A stretch of DNA of 64,000 nt from Candidatus Methylomirabilia bacterium (GTDB taxonomy: Bacteria > Methylomirabilota > Methylomirabilia > Rokubacteriales > CSP1-6), in contig JBGQEL010000002.1 of the NCBI GenBank assembly GCA_041496385.1, forward strand, positions 32,001-96,000. Direction: 5' to 3'. The translations under genes and the position numbers were made by a program. Under the pieces are notes generated by a model. The model made no database searches. It saw nothing but the letters and a program-made list of their open reading frames with translations, and was not told the DNA's origin. Shown here piece after piece: positions 53,108-62,559 of the stretch; positions within the stretch are counted from its first letter, which is position 1, and each line of letters begins with the position of its first letter.

Positions 53108-53886
53108 GCCCCTCCTTTCGCGCGCGTGTACGCGCGGCCCACGTACGCCTCGATCACGCGCGGGTCGCGCAGCACCACGTCGGGCGGCCCGTCGGCGATC
53201 GTCTGGCCGAAGTCCAGCACCGTCACCGCGTCGGCGAGGTCCCCGACCAGCTCCATGTCGTGCTCGACCCAGAGCATCGTCGTCCCCAGCTCGTGCTTGA
53301 TCCGGAGGAGGAAGCGCGCCAGGTTCTCCTTCTCCTCGCGGTTCATGCCCGTCGACGGCTCGTCGAGCAGCAGCAGCGCCGGCTCGAGCGCCAGCGCGCG
53401 GCCGAGCGAGACGAGCTTCTGGACCCCGAACGGCAGGCTCCCGATCGGCTCCTTCCGGTGGCGCTCCAGCTCGAGGAACTCGATGATCTCCTCGACGCGC
53501 CGCCGATGCAACGTCTCCTCGCGCCGCGAGCGCCCCCAGAAGAGGCCGCCGGCGAGGACGCCCGCCCGCATGTGGCGGTGCCGGCCGAGCAGGATGTTGT
53601 CGAGCACGCTCATGTGGCGGAAGAGCTCGACGAACTGGAAGGTGCGCGCGATCCCGTGCGCCGCGACCCGGTGGGGCCGGAGACCGTGGATCGGCGCGCC
53701 GCCGAACAGGATCCGCCCGGCCGTCGGCGCGTAGAAGCCGCCGATGCAGTTGAGGAGCGACGTCTTTCCGGCGCCGTTCGGACCCACGAGCGCCGCGAGC
53801 GCCCCCGGCGGCACCGTCAGGCTGACGCCGCTGAGCACGCGCAGCCCCTCGAACTCGAGCGTGAGTCCGTCGATTTCTAGGACCAT
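53104..53886 (-). CDS. Liv-type ABC ATP-binding protein (LivG-like)
   Basis: GPNGAGKT, IARTFQ, LPFGVQK, DEPSTG, VEHDM. Confidence 0.93.
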   Translation of the reverse strand: MVLEIDGLTLEFEGLRVLSGVSLTVPPGALAALVGPNGAGKTSLLNCIGGFYAPTAGRILFGGAPIHGLRPHRVAAHGIARTFQFVELFRHMSVLDNILLGRHRHMRAGVLAGGLFWGRSRREETLHRRRVEEIIEFLELERHRKEPIGSLPFGVQKLVSLGRALALEPALLLLDEPSTGMNREEKENLARFLLRIKHELGTTMLWVEHDMELVGDLADAVTVLDFGQTIADGPPDVVLRDPRVIEAYVGRAYTRAKGGA

Positions 53887-53976
53887 CTCACCGCTCGGCT
53901 CGCCGGTCGAACCGCCTCCCCTCGATTTCTAGGACCATCTCACCGCTCGGCTCGCCGGTCGAACCGCCTCCCCTCG
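53870..53976. repeat. Perfect 52-bp tandem duplication plus 3-bp TCG junction
   Basis: 53870-53921 is identical to 53922-53973, followed by TCG. Confidence 0.95.
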
Positions 53977-53984
53977 CACTGCCG

Positions 53985-54773
53985 TCAGAACCAGCGCCGG
54001 CGGCGCCGGTACTGCTTGACGTCGGTGTACCGCCGGCGCGCGCCGCGATGCCCGACGCCCAGGTAGAACTCGCGGACGTCCTCGTGGGCGAGGAGGCGCT
54101 CGCGCGATCCATCGTAGACGATGCGGCCGTGCTCCATGACGTAGCCGTGGTCGGCCACCTCGAGCGCCGCGCCGGCGTTCTGCTCGACCAGGAGGACGGC
54201 CAGCCCGAGCTCGTCGCGCAGCCGCCGGACGATGCCCATCAGGGCCTCGACGACGAGCGGCGCCAGGCCGAGCGAGAGCTCGTCGACGAGCAGCACGACG
54301 GGCCGGCAGAGAAGCGCCGCGCCCAGGCCGAGCATCTGCCGCTCGCCCCCCGAGAGATAGCCCGCGAGCTGGCCCCGACGCTCCGCGAGCACTGGAAAGT
54401 ACTCGAAGACCTGCTCGAGGCTCGCGCCGCCGCGGCGGCCGGGCACGAGCGCGCGCAGGTTCTCCCCCACCGTCAGCGTCTCGAAGATCTTGTCGCGCTC
54501 CGGCACGAGGACGAGGCCCCGGCGCGCGAGCTCGTGCGGAGCGCGGCCCTCGACCCGCTCGCCGCGAAACGCGATGCGCCCCTCCACCACCCGGGCGTTG
54601 TCGGCGCCGAGGAAGCCCGAGATCGCGCGCAGCGTCGTCGTCTTGCCCGCGCCGTTGGTCCCGAGCAGCGCGACGATCGTCCGCTCCGGCACCCGCAGCG
54701 AGACGCCCTGGATCGCCGTGGCGGCGCGGTGGTAGACGACCTCGACGTTCTCGAGCTCGAGGAGCGCCGTCAC
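53985..54773 (-). CDS. Liv-type ABC ATP-binding protein (LivF-like)
   Basis: GTNGAGKT, LSGGERQM, DELSLG, LVEQN, tail DVKQYRRRRRWF. Confidence 0.92.
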   Translation of the reverse strand: MTALLELENVEVVYHRAATAIQGVSLRVPERTIVALLGTNGAGKTTTLRAISGFLGADNARVVEGRIAFRGERVEGRAPHELARRGLVLVPERDKIFETLTVGENLRALVPGRRGGASLEQVFEYFPVLAERRGQLAGYLSGGERQMLGLGAALLCRPVVLLVDELSLGLAPLVVEALMGIVRRLRDELGLAVLLVEQNAGAALEVADHGYVMEHGRIVYDGSRERLLAHEDVREFYLGVGHRGARRRYTDVKQYRRRRRWF

Positions 54774-55837
54774 GACGCCGGGCGCAGCGGGCGGTGGCGC
54801 AGCGGCCAGAGGGCGAACCAGTTCCGCACGCGCCGCCAGATCCCCACGAGCCCCTGCGGCTCGAAGATCAGGAACAGCGCCATCAGGAGGCCGAACGCGC
54901 CGAACTTCGCCGGGAACAGGTAGGACTCGACGCCGCCCGGGAGCCGCAGGCTCGCGACCGCCGCGTCGATGCCGTACGGGAGCAGCGTGACGAACGCGGC
55001 GCCCAGCACCGCGCCGAGGGCCGAGCCCATGCCGCCGATGACGATCATGGCGATGTACTCGACGGCGCCGAGGAAGCCGAACGCCTCGACCGAGACGAAG
55101 CCGCGGTGATAGGCGAAGAGCGCGCCGGCGACGGACGTGAGCGCGCTCGACCACACGAAGGCCAGGACCTTGTACCGGGCGACGTCGATGCCGACGGACT
55201 CCGCCGCGATCTCGCGGTCGCGGATCGCCATCCACGCGCGGCCGGCGCGCGAGCGCTGAAGATTCACCGACAGGAACACGACCGCGGCGGCCGTGAGCGT
55301 GAGCGCGTAGTACCACGCCACGCCGCCCTTCAGCGCGTACCCGAAGAGCGCGGGCGCAGGAATGGTCGAGCCCGTGTTCGCGCCCCAGCGGCTCTGCAGC
55401 TCGCCGGCGGCGTAGAGCACCACATGGTGCAGCGCCAGCGTGCCGAGCGCCAGGTAGAGCCCCTTGAGCCGCAGCGACGGGACGCCGATGGCGACCCCGA
55501 GTGCCGCGCCCACCAGCGCCGCCGCGGGGAGCGTGACCGCGGGGGAGCGCCAGCCGTTCTCGACGAGCGCGGCCGTCGTGAACGCGCCCGCACAGATGAA
55601 GCCCGCGTGGCCGAGCGAGATCTGGCCCGCGAGCCCCGTCAGGAGATTCAGCGCGAGCGCGCCGACTGCGACGAGCGCCGTCTGGGCCGCGAGGTCGAGG
55701 ACGAAGGACGACCCGAGGCGCGGCAGGAGCAGCAGCGCAACGACGAGGGCCCCCAGCGCCGCCCGGCGCAGGCGTGTGTCCACGATGGCGAGGTCGGACG
55801 CGTACGTGGTCTTGAAGTACCCCCCGCCGAGGGCCAC
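54770..55837 (-). CDS. Liv-type ABC permease (LivM-like)
   Basis: GQISLGH, LRLKGLYLA, GRAWMAIRD, IGGMGS; GTG 55837 overlaps upstream stop. Confidence 0.9.
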   Translation of the reverse strand: MALGGGYFKTTYASDLAIVDTRLRRAALGALVVALLLLPRLGSSFVLDLAAQTALVAVGALALNLLTGLAGQISLGHAGFICAGAFTTAALVENGWRSPAVTLPAAALVGAALGVAIGVPSLRLKGLYLALGTLALHHVVLYAAGELQSRWGANTGSTIPAPALFGYALKGGVAWYYALTLTAAAVVFLSVNLQRSRAGRAWMAIRDREIAAESVGIDVARYKVLAFVWSSALTSVAGALFAYHRGFVSVEAFGFLGAVEYIAMIVIGGMGSALGAVLGAAFVTLLPYGIDAAVASLRLPGGVESYLFPAKFGAFGLLMALFLIFEPQGLVGIWRRVRNWFALWPLRHRPLRPAS

Positions 55838-56709
55838 TACACTCGCTCCAGCTCTTCCTTCGTCCCGAAGAGGCCCCACGGGCGGACGAGCAGCATCGCC
55901 AGCAGACAGAGGAACGGCGACACGTCGGAGAGGAGCGGGTCGCCGTAGCGCACGGACAGCACTTCGACGGCGGCGACCAGGAGCGCCGCCGGGATCACGC
56001 CCGCGAGGCTGTCGAGGCCGCCGACGAGCGCGACCGCGAACGCCTTGAGCCCGAGCACGTCCAGCGAGGGCTCGAGGCGCACGTTGTTGGCGTAGAGGAT
56101 GCCCGCGAGCCCGCCCGCGAAGGCGGCGAGCGCCCAGGAGAGCGCGAACACGCGGTGGAAGTCGATGCCCCGCTGGGAGGCCAGCAGCGCCTTCTCGCCG
56201 GCGGCCCGCATCTGGATCCCGAGCGGCGACAGGCGCAGGAAGAGGAAGAGCGCGACGAACAGCGCCGCCGCGGTGGCGACCGTGAGCAGGTCGAACGTCG
56301 AGACGACGGCGCCCCCCGGCAGCCGGCGCGGCGGATTCGTCAGGCCGAGCATGGGGAGCGGGTGGCGGATGCGGTCGGTGAACACGAGCACGATCGCCGC
56401 GCGCAGGAGGATGCCGAGCGTCACCGTCACGAGCACCGCGGCGAAGATCGGGTGGCCCGCCATCGGGCGCATCAGCAGGCGGTAGATGAGGAGGCCCGCG
56501 AGCGCGGAGAGCACCGCCGCGAGCGGGATCGCGAGCGCCGGCGCACCGCCGACGACCGCCGTGACGGCGAAGAGCAGGTAGCCGCCGAGCGTCAACATGT
56601 CGCCCTGCGCGAGGTTGAGGACGCGCGAGGCGCGATAGACCAGCACGTAGCCGGCGCCGAGGAGCGCGTAGAGGCTCGCGATGACCACCGTGGTCGCGAG
56701 GACCTGCAT
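55837..56709 (-). CDS. Liv-type ABC permease (LivH-like)
   Basis: VLNLAQG, GIQMRA, KAFAVALVGG, RPWGLFG. Confidence 0.9.
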   Translation of the reverse strand: MQVLATTVVIASLYALLGAGYVLVYRASRVLNLAQGDMLTLGGYLLFAVTAVVGGAPALAIPLAAVLSALAGLLIYRLLMRPMAGHPIFAAVLVTVTLGILLRAAIVLVFTDRIRHPLPMLGLTNPPRRLPGGAVVSTFDLLTVATAAALFVALFLFLRLSPLGIQMRAAGEKALLASQRGIDFHRVFALSWALAAFAGGLAGILYANNVRLEPSLDVLGLKAFAVALVGGLDSLAGVIPAALLVAAVEVLSVRYGDPLLSDVSPFLCLLAMLLVRPWGLFGTKEELERV

Positions 56710-56717
56710 CGTGCGCG

Positions 56718-57881
56718 TTACTTCACGTCGAGCTTCGTCCAGCCCCCGACCGACGCGACCGCGTTCTTCGACGGGTCCCAGCGGTAGACCCGGTACCAGG
56801 TCGCCTTGCGGTAGTGATTGTCGGCGGTCCACTCGATCGGCCCGCCCCGGAGCCCGCGCGTGTCCACGCTCACCGTCGCCATGGTCGCGGCGATCTTCTC
56901 CCGGGTGCAGGGCCAGCCGCAGGTCTTGAGCGCGGCCTCGAGCACCATCGCCGACACCCAGCCCTCGGCCATGAAGTGCGCCGGGTTCGTCGTCTGGCCC
57001 TTCACGAGGCTCGCGATCTCGGCGTGGATCGGGAGGCCCTCGCTGAAGAGCGTGTTGCCGGTGAACGCGTAGAGGTTCGGCGCCTTCAGGCGGAGCAGCT
57101 CGTCCTGCGTCTGCTGGTGGCCGTAGAGGATGTAGCCGCCCGTCCAGCCGAGGCGCTGGAGCGCCTCGAACACGCCGATCTCGTGCGGCCAGGGCGCCCA
57201 CGAGAAGACCCAGTCGGCGCCTGCGTCCTTGAGCTTCTGCGCGAACGGCCCGAAGTCGGCCACGGCGCTCGGCACCACGACGACCGGGATCGTCTCGAAG
57301 CCCATCTCCCGGGCGAGCTTCTCGGCGCCCTCGAGCTCGATCCGCGACAGCGGGATGTCCTGGGCCGCGAAGCCGATCCGCACCTTCTTCCCTCCCGCCT
57401 GCTCCCGCACGAAGCCGAGGGCGAACCGGATGTCGTAGTTCGAGCCGAACGACGTCGAGCAGAAGACCAGCGGGTTCGCGGGCGGAAACGCCTCGCGCGG
57501 GCAGACGCCGCCGCCGAACAGGAGCGGGACCTTGCTCGTCTCCGACTCGGTCATGAGCGGCTTGTAGGTGGCGGAGATCGACGCGTTGACGATGAGGAGC
57601 GATCCCTCGCCGAGCTTCTTGGCGGCCGCGGCGGCGCGCTGGGGCTCGCCCCGGTCGTCCTCGTACTCGATCTCGACCTTCCGCCCGTTGATGCCGCCCG
57701 CATCGTTGACGCGCTTGAAGTAGACCTTGTAGGCCTCGTAGGTCGGCGCGTAGGTGCCGGCGGCGCGGCCCGTGATCGCCGCGCTCATGCCGACGCGGTA
57801 GACCTCCTGGGCGAGCGACGGCGTCGCGACGGACGCCAGCGCGAGCAGCGCTGCCAAGACGGTGCGGGGCGATGTGCGCAT
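56718..57881 (-). CDS. Liv-type ABC substrate-binding protein
   Basis: Signal peptide, AITG, NDAGGINGRKVE, EDD; GGAGG RBS. Confidence 0.9.
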   Translation of the reverse strand: MRTSPRTVLAALLALASVATPSLAQEVYRVGMSAAITGRAAGTYAPTYEAYKVYFKRVNDAGGINGRKVEIEYEDDRGEPQRAAAAAKKLGEGSLLIVNASISATYKPLMTESETSKVPLLFGGGVCPREAFPPANPLVFCSTSFGSNYDIRFALGFVREQAGGKKVRIGFAAQDIPLSRIELEGAEKLAREMGFETIPVVVVPSAVADFGPFAQKLKDAGADWVFSWAPWPHEIGVFEALQRLGWTGGYILYGHQQTQDELLRLKAPNLYAFTGNTLFSEGLPIHAEIASLVKGQTTNPAHFMAEGWVSAMVLEAALKTCGWPCTREKIAATMATVSVDTRGLRGGPIEWTADNHYRKATWYRVYRWDPSKNAVASVGGWTKLDVK

Positions 57882-57882
57882 G

Positions 57883-59766
57883 TCAGTCCTCCGGTTTGAG
57901 TGCAGCCACCTCGGCGGCGATCCGCCGTTCCTCGTCGTCCGCGTACATGGACTCTACCAGCGACCCGAACCGCTCGGCCATGAGCCGCCGCTTCACCTTG
58001 CGGGTCGGCGTGACGGGCTCGCCCTCCTGCTCGGGGTCGAGCTCGTACGGCAGGAGCCGGAACGCCTTCACCTGCTCGACGCGCGTCAGCTCCGCGTTCG
58101 CACGCGCGACCTCGCCCTCGATCAGCCGGACGACGTCCCCATGCTGCACGAGCGAGGCGTAGCCCGTATGCACGAGCCCCCGCGCGCGCGCCCATTCGGC
58201 GACGGTCTCGCCGTCCACCTCGAGGAGCGCCACGAGGTACTTCCTCCCCTCGCCGAAGACCGTCGCCTCGCCGAGGAACGGGCTCGCCCGGAGCCGGTTC
58301 TCGACCTGCGACGGGCTCACGTTCTTCCCGCCCGCCGTGATCAAGATATCCCGTTTCCGGTCCACGAGGCGGAGCGCCCGGGAGGTCGTCCACTCGCCGA
58401 CGTCACCCGTCCGGAGCCGCCCGTCCGCGTAGAGCGCACCCGTCGCCTCGGCGTCCTGCCAGTAGCCGCCGAACGTCTCTCGCGTCTCGACGAGGATCTC
58501 CCCCTCGGGCCCGAGGCGGATATCCATGCCGGGCGCCGGGGTGCCCACGTCGCCGGGCGGCGGGAACGGCCCCCGCTGACCGGAGATGATCGCGCCGCCC
58601 GTCTCCGTCTGGCCGTACGCCTCGCAGACGTTGACGCCCCACGCCTGCCAGAGCGCGGCGACGGGGGGCGGCAGCGGCGCCCCGCTCGAGATCACGAGCC
58701 GCGTCCGCGCGAACCCCACCTTCTCGAGCAGCCAGCGGAACACGAGCTGCCGCGCCGCGAGGGCGCCGAGGGCGACGAGCGGCGTGCGACCCCCGCGCCA
58801 GCGCGCGGCAGCCGCCCGGCGGCCGGCGGCCATCGCGGCCTCGTACGCCGCGCGCTTGAGCGGCGAGCTGGCGTCGATCCCGACCAGGAGGTGCGCGGCG
58901 AACTTCTGGAGATAACGCGGCACGGTGAAGACGAAGGTCGGCTGGATCTCGTAGAGCGCCTCCGCGAAGGCGTCCACCGACTCGGGATAGTGGGGCACGA
59001 GGTCGGTGATGAGCGGCATCGTGATCGCCAGGTTCCGGCCCATCGTGTGGCAGAGGGGCAGCATCGCGACCGCGCGATGCCCGGCCGCCTCGAGCAGCGG
59101 GTAGTGGGCGACGATGTTCGCGCAGGCGGCCAGGTGCGGGCCGTGACGGTAGAGCGCGCCCTTGGGCGCGCCCGTCGTGCCCGAGGTGTAGATGATCGTC
59201 GCCGGATCGTCGGGCGCGACCGCGGCGGCGAGCCGCGCGAGCGCGCTCCCGTCCGCCCCGGGCGTCTCCGCGCCGACGCGCTCGACCTCGGCGAGCGGAC
59301 GGACCCGCGTGTCGCGATACATGAAGAGGGCGCGCGTGTCGGCCACGAGCACCGCCCGCACGCCCGGGCACTCGGCGAGCACGGCGAGCACCTTGTCGAG
59401 ATGCTCCTGGTCCTCGGCGAGCACGAGCGACGCGCCGCCGTGCTGGAGCAGGTGGCGCACCTCGCTCGGCGAGCTCGTCGGATAGATGCCGTAGGTGACG
59501 GCGCCCAGGGACTGCGCGGCGAGGTCGGTGATCGTCCACTCGGGGCACGGGTTGCCGACGATCGCGACCCTCTCGCCGCGCGCCACACGGTACTCGCGCG
59601 CGAGCCCGAGCGCCAGGGCCTCGACCCGCCCGGCAAGCCGCCGCCACGTCGTCTCGCGCCAGACGCCCAGCTCCTTGGCGCGGAAGGCAACGCGCTCCCC
59701 ACGGCTCCGCGCGCGCGCCAGGAGCAGCCCGGGCAAGGTGCCGGCGCGCAACGCCTGGGGGTCCAT
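57883..59766 (-). CDS. Long-chain-fatty-acid--CoA ligase-like AMP-binding protein
   Basis: YTSGTTGAPKG, YGQTE, RTGD, DRKRDILITAGGKN, TPTRKVKR. Confidence 0.92.
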   Translation of the reverse strand: MDPQALRAGTLPGLLLARARSRGERVAFRAKELGVWRETTWRRLAGRVEALALGLAREYRVARGERVAIVGNPCPEWTITDLAAQSLGAVTYGIYPTSSPSEVRHLLQHGGASLVLAEDQEHLDKVLAVLAECPGVRAVLVADTRALFMYRDTRVRPLAEVERVGAETPGADGSALARLAAAVAPDDPATIIYTSGTTGAPKGALYRHGPHLAACANIVAHYPLLEAAGHRAVAMLPLCHTMGRNLAITMPLITDLVPHYPESVDAFAEALYEIQPTFVFTVPRYLQKFAAHLLVGIDASSPLKRAAYEAAMAAGRRAAAARWRGGRTPLVALGALAARQLVFRWLLEKVGFARTRLVISSGAPLPPPVAALWQAWGVNVCEAYGQTETGGAIISGQRGPFPPPGDVGTPAPGMDIRLGPEGEILVETRETFGGYWQDAEATGALYADGRLRTGDVGEWTTSRALRLVDRKRDILITAGGKNVSPSQVENRLRASPFLGEATVFGEGRKYLVALLEVDGETVAEWARARGLVHTGYASLVQHGDVVRLIEGEVARANAELTRVEQVKAFRLLPYELDPEQEGEPVTPTRKVKRRLMAERFGSLVESMYADDEERRIAAEVAALKPED

Positions 59767-59768
59767 GC

Positions 59769-60746
59769 TCAGGCGCGGACGGGCGTGAACTCCGTGGTGA
59801 AATGGTCCTCGAGCGGCAGCCGCTTCTTGATCGCGCCGTGCTCGAGCAGCGTGTCCTGCATCGCGCGGAGCGCCTCCACGTTGATCCGGCCGTCCTCGAT
59901 GAAGAGCGGCGTCAGCGACGTGTGCACCGCCAGCACGGCCTCCGGGCTCCAGCCGAACTTGGCCGCCGTGATCCTCACGCTCTCCTGGGGATTCGCCTTG
60001 AGGAACCGAACCGCCTTGAAGAGCGCGCGCGTGACGCGCCGGATCGGGTCGGCGCTCCGGCGGATCGCCTCCTCCGAGGCGTACTGGATGTAGCTGATCC
60101 ATCTCGGCGTGAGCGACTCCATGCGGAAGAGGACCTTCGTGCGCCCCTGCGCCCCCGTGACGGCGCCGAAGTCGCCCCAGACGAACGCGCCGATCTCCTT
60201 GCGAGAGAGGGCCGCGAGCTGGGCGTCGAGGCCGCCGAGCGCGACGATCTTGACGTCGCGCTCGGGGTCCCAGCCGTGGTGCTTGGCGACCATGCGCGCG
60301 AAGACCCACGTCGTGGCGCCGGCGCGCGTGACGCCGATGCTCGCGCCCTTCAGCTCGCCCGCGGGCGGCCCCTCCGGCGCGCCGACGAGCACGAAATCGT
60401 TCCCCGTGCCGTGGGCCGCGACGACCTTGATCGGCATGCCGGCCTCGCGGAACACGAGGATGTCGGTCGAGCCCGTGAGGCCGATCAGCACCTCGCCCGC
60501 CATCACCGCCTTGGCGAGATCGGGGCCGCCGCGGAACGGGACGAACTCGGCGTCGACGCCCTGCTCCTTGAAGAAGCCCTTCTCGGCCGCCACCATGACG
60601 GGCGCCGCGAGCGAGTAGGCGCCGAAGACCGCGGTGCCGATCTTGACGGGCCCCTGGCCATGGGCGCGACGCGGAGCGCCGGGGATGGCGGCGGCCGCGA
60701 CCCCGGCCGCGGCAAGCTTGAGGACATCGCGTCGGCTTCGTGGCAT
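59769..60746 (-). CDS. Tat-exported ABC substrate-binding protein (NMT1/SsuA-like)
   Basis: SRRDVLK twin-arginine signal, AEKGFFKEQG, IGVTRAG; GAGGAGG RBS. Confidence 0.88.
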   Translation of the reverse strand: MPRSRRDVLKLAAAGVAAAAIPGAPRRAHGQGPVKIGTAVFGAYSLAAPVMVAAEKGFFKEQGVDAEFVPFRGGPDLAKAVMAGEVLIGLTGSTDILVFREAGMPIKVVAAHGTGNDFVLVGAPEGPPAGELKGASIGVTRAGATTWVFARMVAKHHGWDPERDVKIVALGGLDAQLAALSRKEIGAFVWGDFGAVTGAQGRTKVLFRMESLTPRWISYIQYASEEAIRRSADPIRRVTRALFKAVRFLKANPQESVRITAAKFGWSPEAVLAVHTSLTPLFIEDGRINVEALRAMQDTLLEHGAIKKRLPLEDHFTTEFTPVRA

Positions 60747-60792
60747 GCGCTCCTCCTCGGGGGGCCCGGAATCGTCGGCGGGAATCGGCGGG

Positions 60793-60822
60793 AGTCTATG
60801 TTGCGGGGCGCGGCCGTGTCAA
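60793..60822 (-). promoter_or_regulatory. Sigma70 promoter of the 12.5-kb minus-strand operon
   Basis: Reverse strand TTGACA (60817-60822), 18 bp, TAGACT (60793-60798). Confidence 0.65.
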
Positions 60823-60868
60823 ACGTCCTCGCCGGGGCGCGGCGAAGGGGATTATCCTAAGGGGCGCC

Positions 60869-61702
60869 ATGACCCCGGAAGAGCGGATCAAGGCGGTCGG
60901 CCTGAAGGCGGGCGCGCGCGTCGTCGGCATCGCCTCGGTCGAGGCCTTCCGCGCGAAGGTGCCCGAAGGCCACCGGCCCGAGGACATGCTCCCCGGCGCG
61001 CGGAGCGTCGTCGTCGCGGGCGGCGACGGGCCGACGGCCGGCGCCTGGCGCTGCCCCGACCACCGCGTGATGGAGATCACGGGGTACGACCTCCGCGAGA
61101 ACGTCGCGGTCCACGTGATGGCCGACTTCATCGAGGCGACCTTCGCGCACCAGACGATCCAGGCGCCCTCGCTCGCGGTGCACGGTCACGCGCCGCCGAT
61201 GTCCATGATGCACGCCGCGGAGCTGGCGGGCCTGGGCTCGCGCTCGCTCGCCGCGCACATCATCCTCAACCCCGAGTACGGCCTCCTCTACTACGCGGCG
61301 CTCATCACGACGCTGCCGCTCGAGCCCGACCCGCCGCTGGCCGAGCCCGCCTGCCCGCACCCGGGCTGCACGGCGATGTACAAGCGGATCGGCACGACGC
61401 CGTGCCTGCGCGTGTGCCCGGCGTGCTTGAGCGGGACGGTGAAGGACGGGCGGATCGAGAGCTCGACGTACGACCGCGAGTGCTGCCACTCGCGCGCCCA
61501 GACGTACGGCATCGGCTCGTTCCAGAAGTCGCTGCTCCAGATCGTCAACGAGGACGACGCCGAGAAGCGCCGGGGCATGATCTACAGTGACTTCTTCGCC
61601 AGGAGCATCCAGGCGCTCGGCTTCTTCCGCGACTCGATCGCCCAGTGCTTCGAGTGCATGCGCGTCTGCCCGGTCGGGCGCAAGTACAGGAAGCTCCAGT
61701 AA
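60869..61702 (+). CDS. QueG/reductive-dehalogenase-fold Fe-S protein, paralog A
   Basis: VGIA...GHRPEDMLPGARSVVV, AAELAGLG, LNPEYG, LITTLPLEPD, C-x4-C-x11-C-x3-CP and C-x2-C-x3-CP. Confidence 0.78.
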   Translation: MTPEERIKAVGLKAGARVVGIASVEAFRAKVPEGHRPEDMLPGARSVVVAGGDGPTAGAWRCPDHRVMEITGYDLRENVAVHVMADFIEATFAHQTIQAPSLAVHGHAPPMSMMHAAELAGLGSRSLAAHIILNPEYGLLYYAALITTLPLEPDPPLAEPACPHPGCTAMYKRIGTTPCLRVCPACLSGTVKDGRIESSTYDRECCHSRAQTYGIGSFQKSLLQIVNEDDAEKRRGMIYSDFFARSIQALGFFRDSIAQCFECMRVCPVGRKYRKLQ

Positions 61703-62559
61703 TGCCCGGCCTGCCGCCCGGCGCGACGGCGGCGCTGAAATCCAGCGCGTTCCAGGCGGGCGCGACCGTGTGCGGCGTCGCCAGCGCGGCGGCGTTCGAC
61801 GCCCACGCCCCCGCGGGACACCGCCCGGGTGATCTGCTGCCGGGCGCCGCGTCCGTCGTCGTCGTCGGGGGCTCCCAGCCGCGCGCGGGTGACTGGGCGG
61901 CGACCTCCCCCTGGGTGCTCCAGACGATGGGCACGACCGAGCGGATCCAGTCGGTGGGCCGCAAGCTCGCGCAGCAGATCGAGAGCCAGCTCGGCTACTA
62001 CGCGCTCTACGTCCCGCCCGGCACGGCGAGCGGCGACACGCCGTTTCTCTCCCTGATGCTCGCGGCCCAGCTCGCGGGGCTCGGCTCGCGGAGTCTCGCC
62101 GGGCCGGTCCTCAACCGCGAGCACGGCTTCATGTACTGGAGCGCGGTCATCACCACGGCGCCGCTCGAGACCGACACGGTCGAGGGGGAGTCCGCGTGTC
62201 CGGCGCCGCCCTGCCGCGAGATGTGGGAGCGCGAGCGCACGACGCCCTGCCTCAAGACCTGCCCGGCCGACGACGGCGGCTGCCTGGCGGGGACGCTCGA
62301 GCACGGCCGCGCCGTCCGCACGTTCTACGACGCCGCGCGCTGCAACACGCGCGTGCACACCCACTGGGTCGGCGGCTTCCAGAAGGTGCTCGAGGAGACG
62401 CTGAACGAGACGGACCGCGACCGACGCAAGATGCTCCTCTACGGCGATTTCTTCACGCGCACCCTCTGGGCCATCACCTACTCGTCCACGAACATCGCCC
62501 AGTGCTTCGAGTGCATGCGCGTCTGCCCCGCCGCCCACGGCCTCAAGGAGATGAAATAG
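61702..62559 (+). CDS. QueG/reductive-dehalogenase-fold Fe-S protein, paralog B
   Basis: GHRPGDLLPGAASVVV, AAQLAGLGSRSLA, LNREHG, VITTAPLE, same Cys spacing as A; TAATG coupling. Confidence 0.78.
   Translation: MPGLPPGATAALKSSAFQAGATVCGVASAAAFDAHAPAGHRPGDLLPGAASVVVVGGSQPRAGDWAATSPWVLQTMGTTERIQSVGRKLAQQIESQLGYYALYVPPGTASGDTPFLSLMLAAQLAGLGSRSLAGPVLNREHGFMYWSAVITTAPLETDTVEGESACPAPPCREMWERERTTPCLKTCPADDGGCLAGTLEHGRAVRTFYDAARCNTRVHTHWVGGFQKVLEETLNETDRDRRKMLLYGDFFTRTLWAITYSSTNIAQCFECMRVCPAAHGLKEMK

Noticed and set aside
53870..53976. CRISPR array
   Set aside because: Two contiguous 52-bp copies with no spacer, overlapping a CDS start, and no cas genes
60869..62559. Gene symbols queG or rdhA
   Set aside because: No QueG DYH/VDT motifs, no Tat signal or RdhB anchor, and different Cys spacing; only a fold-level assignment is supported
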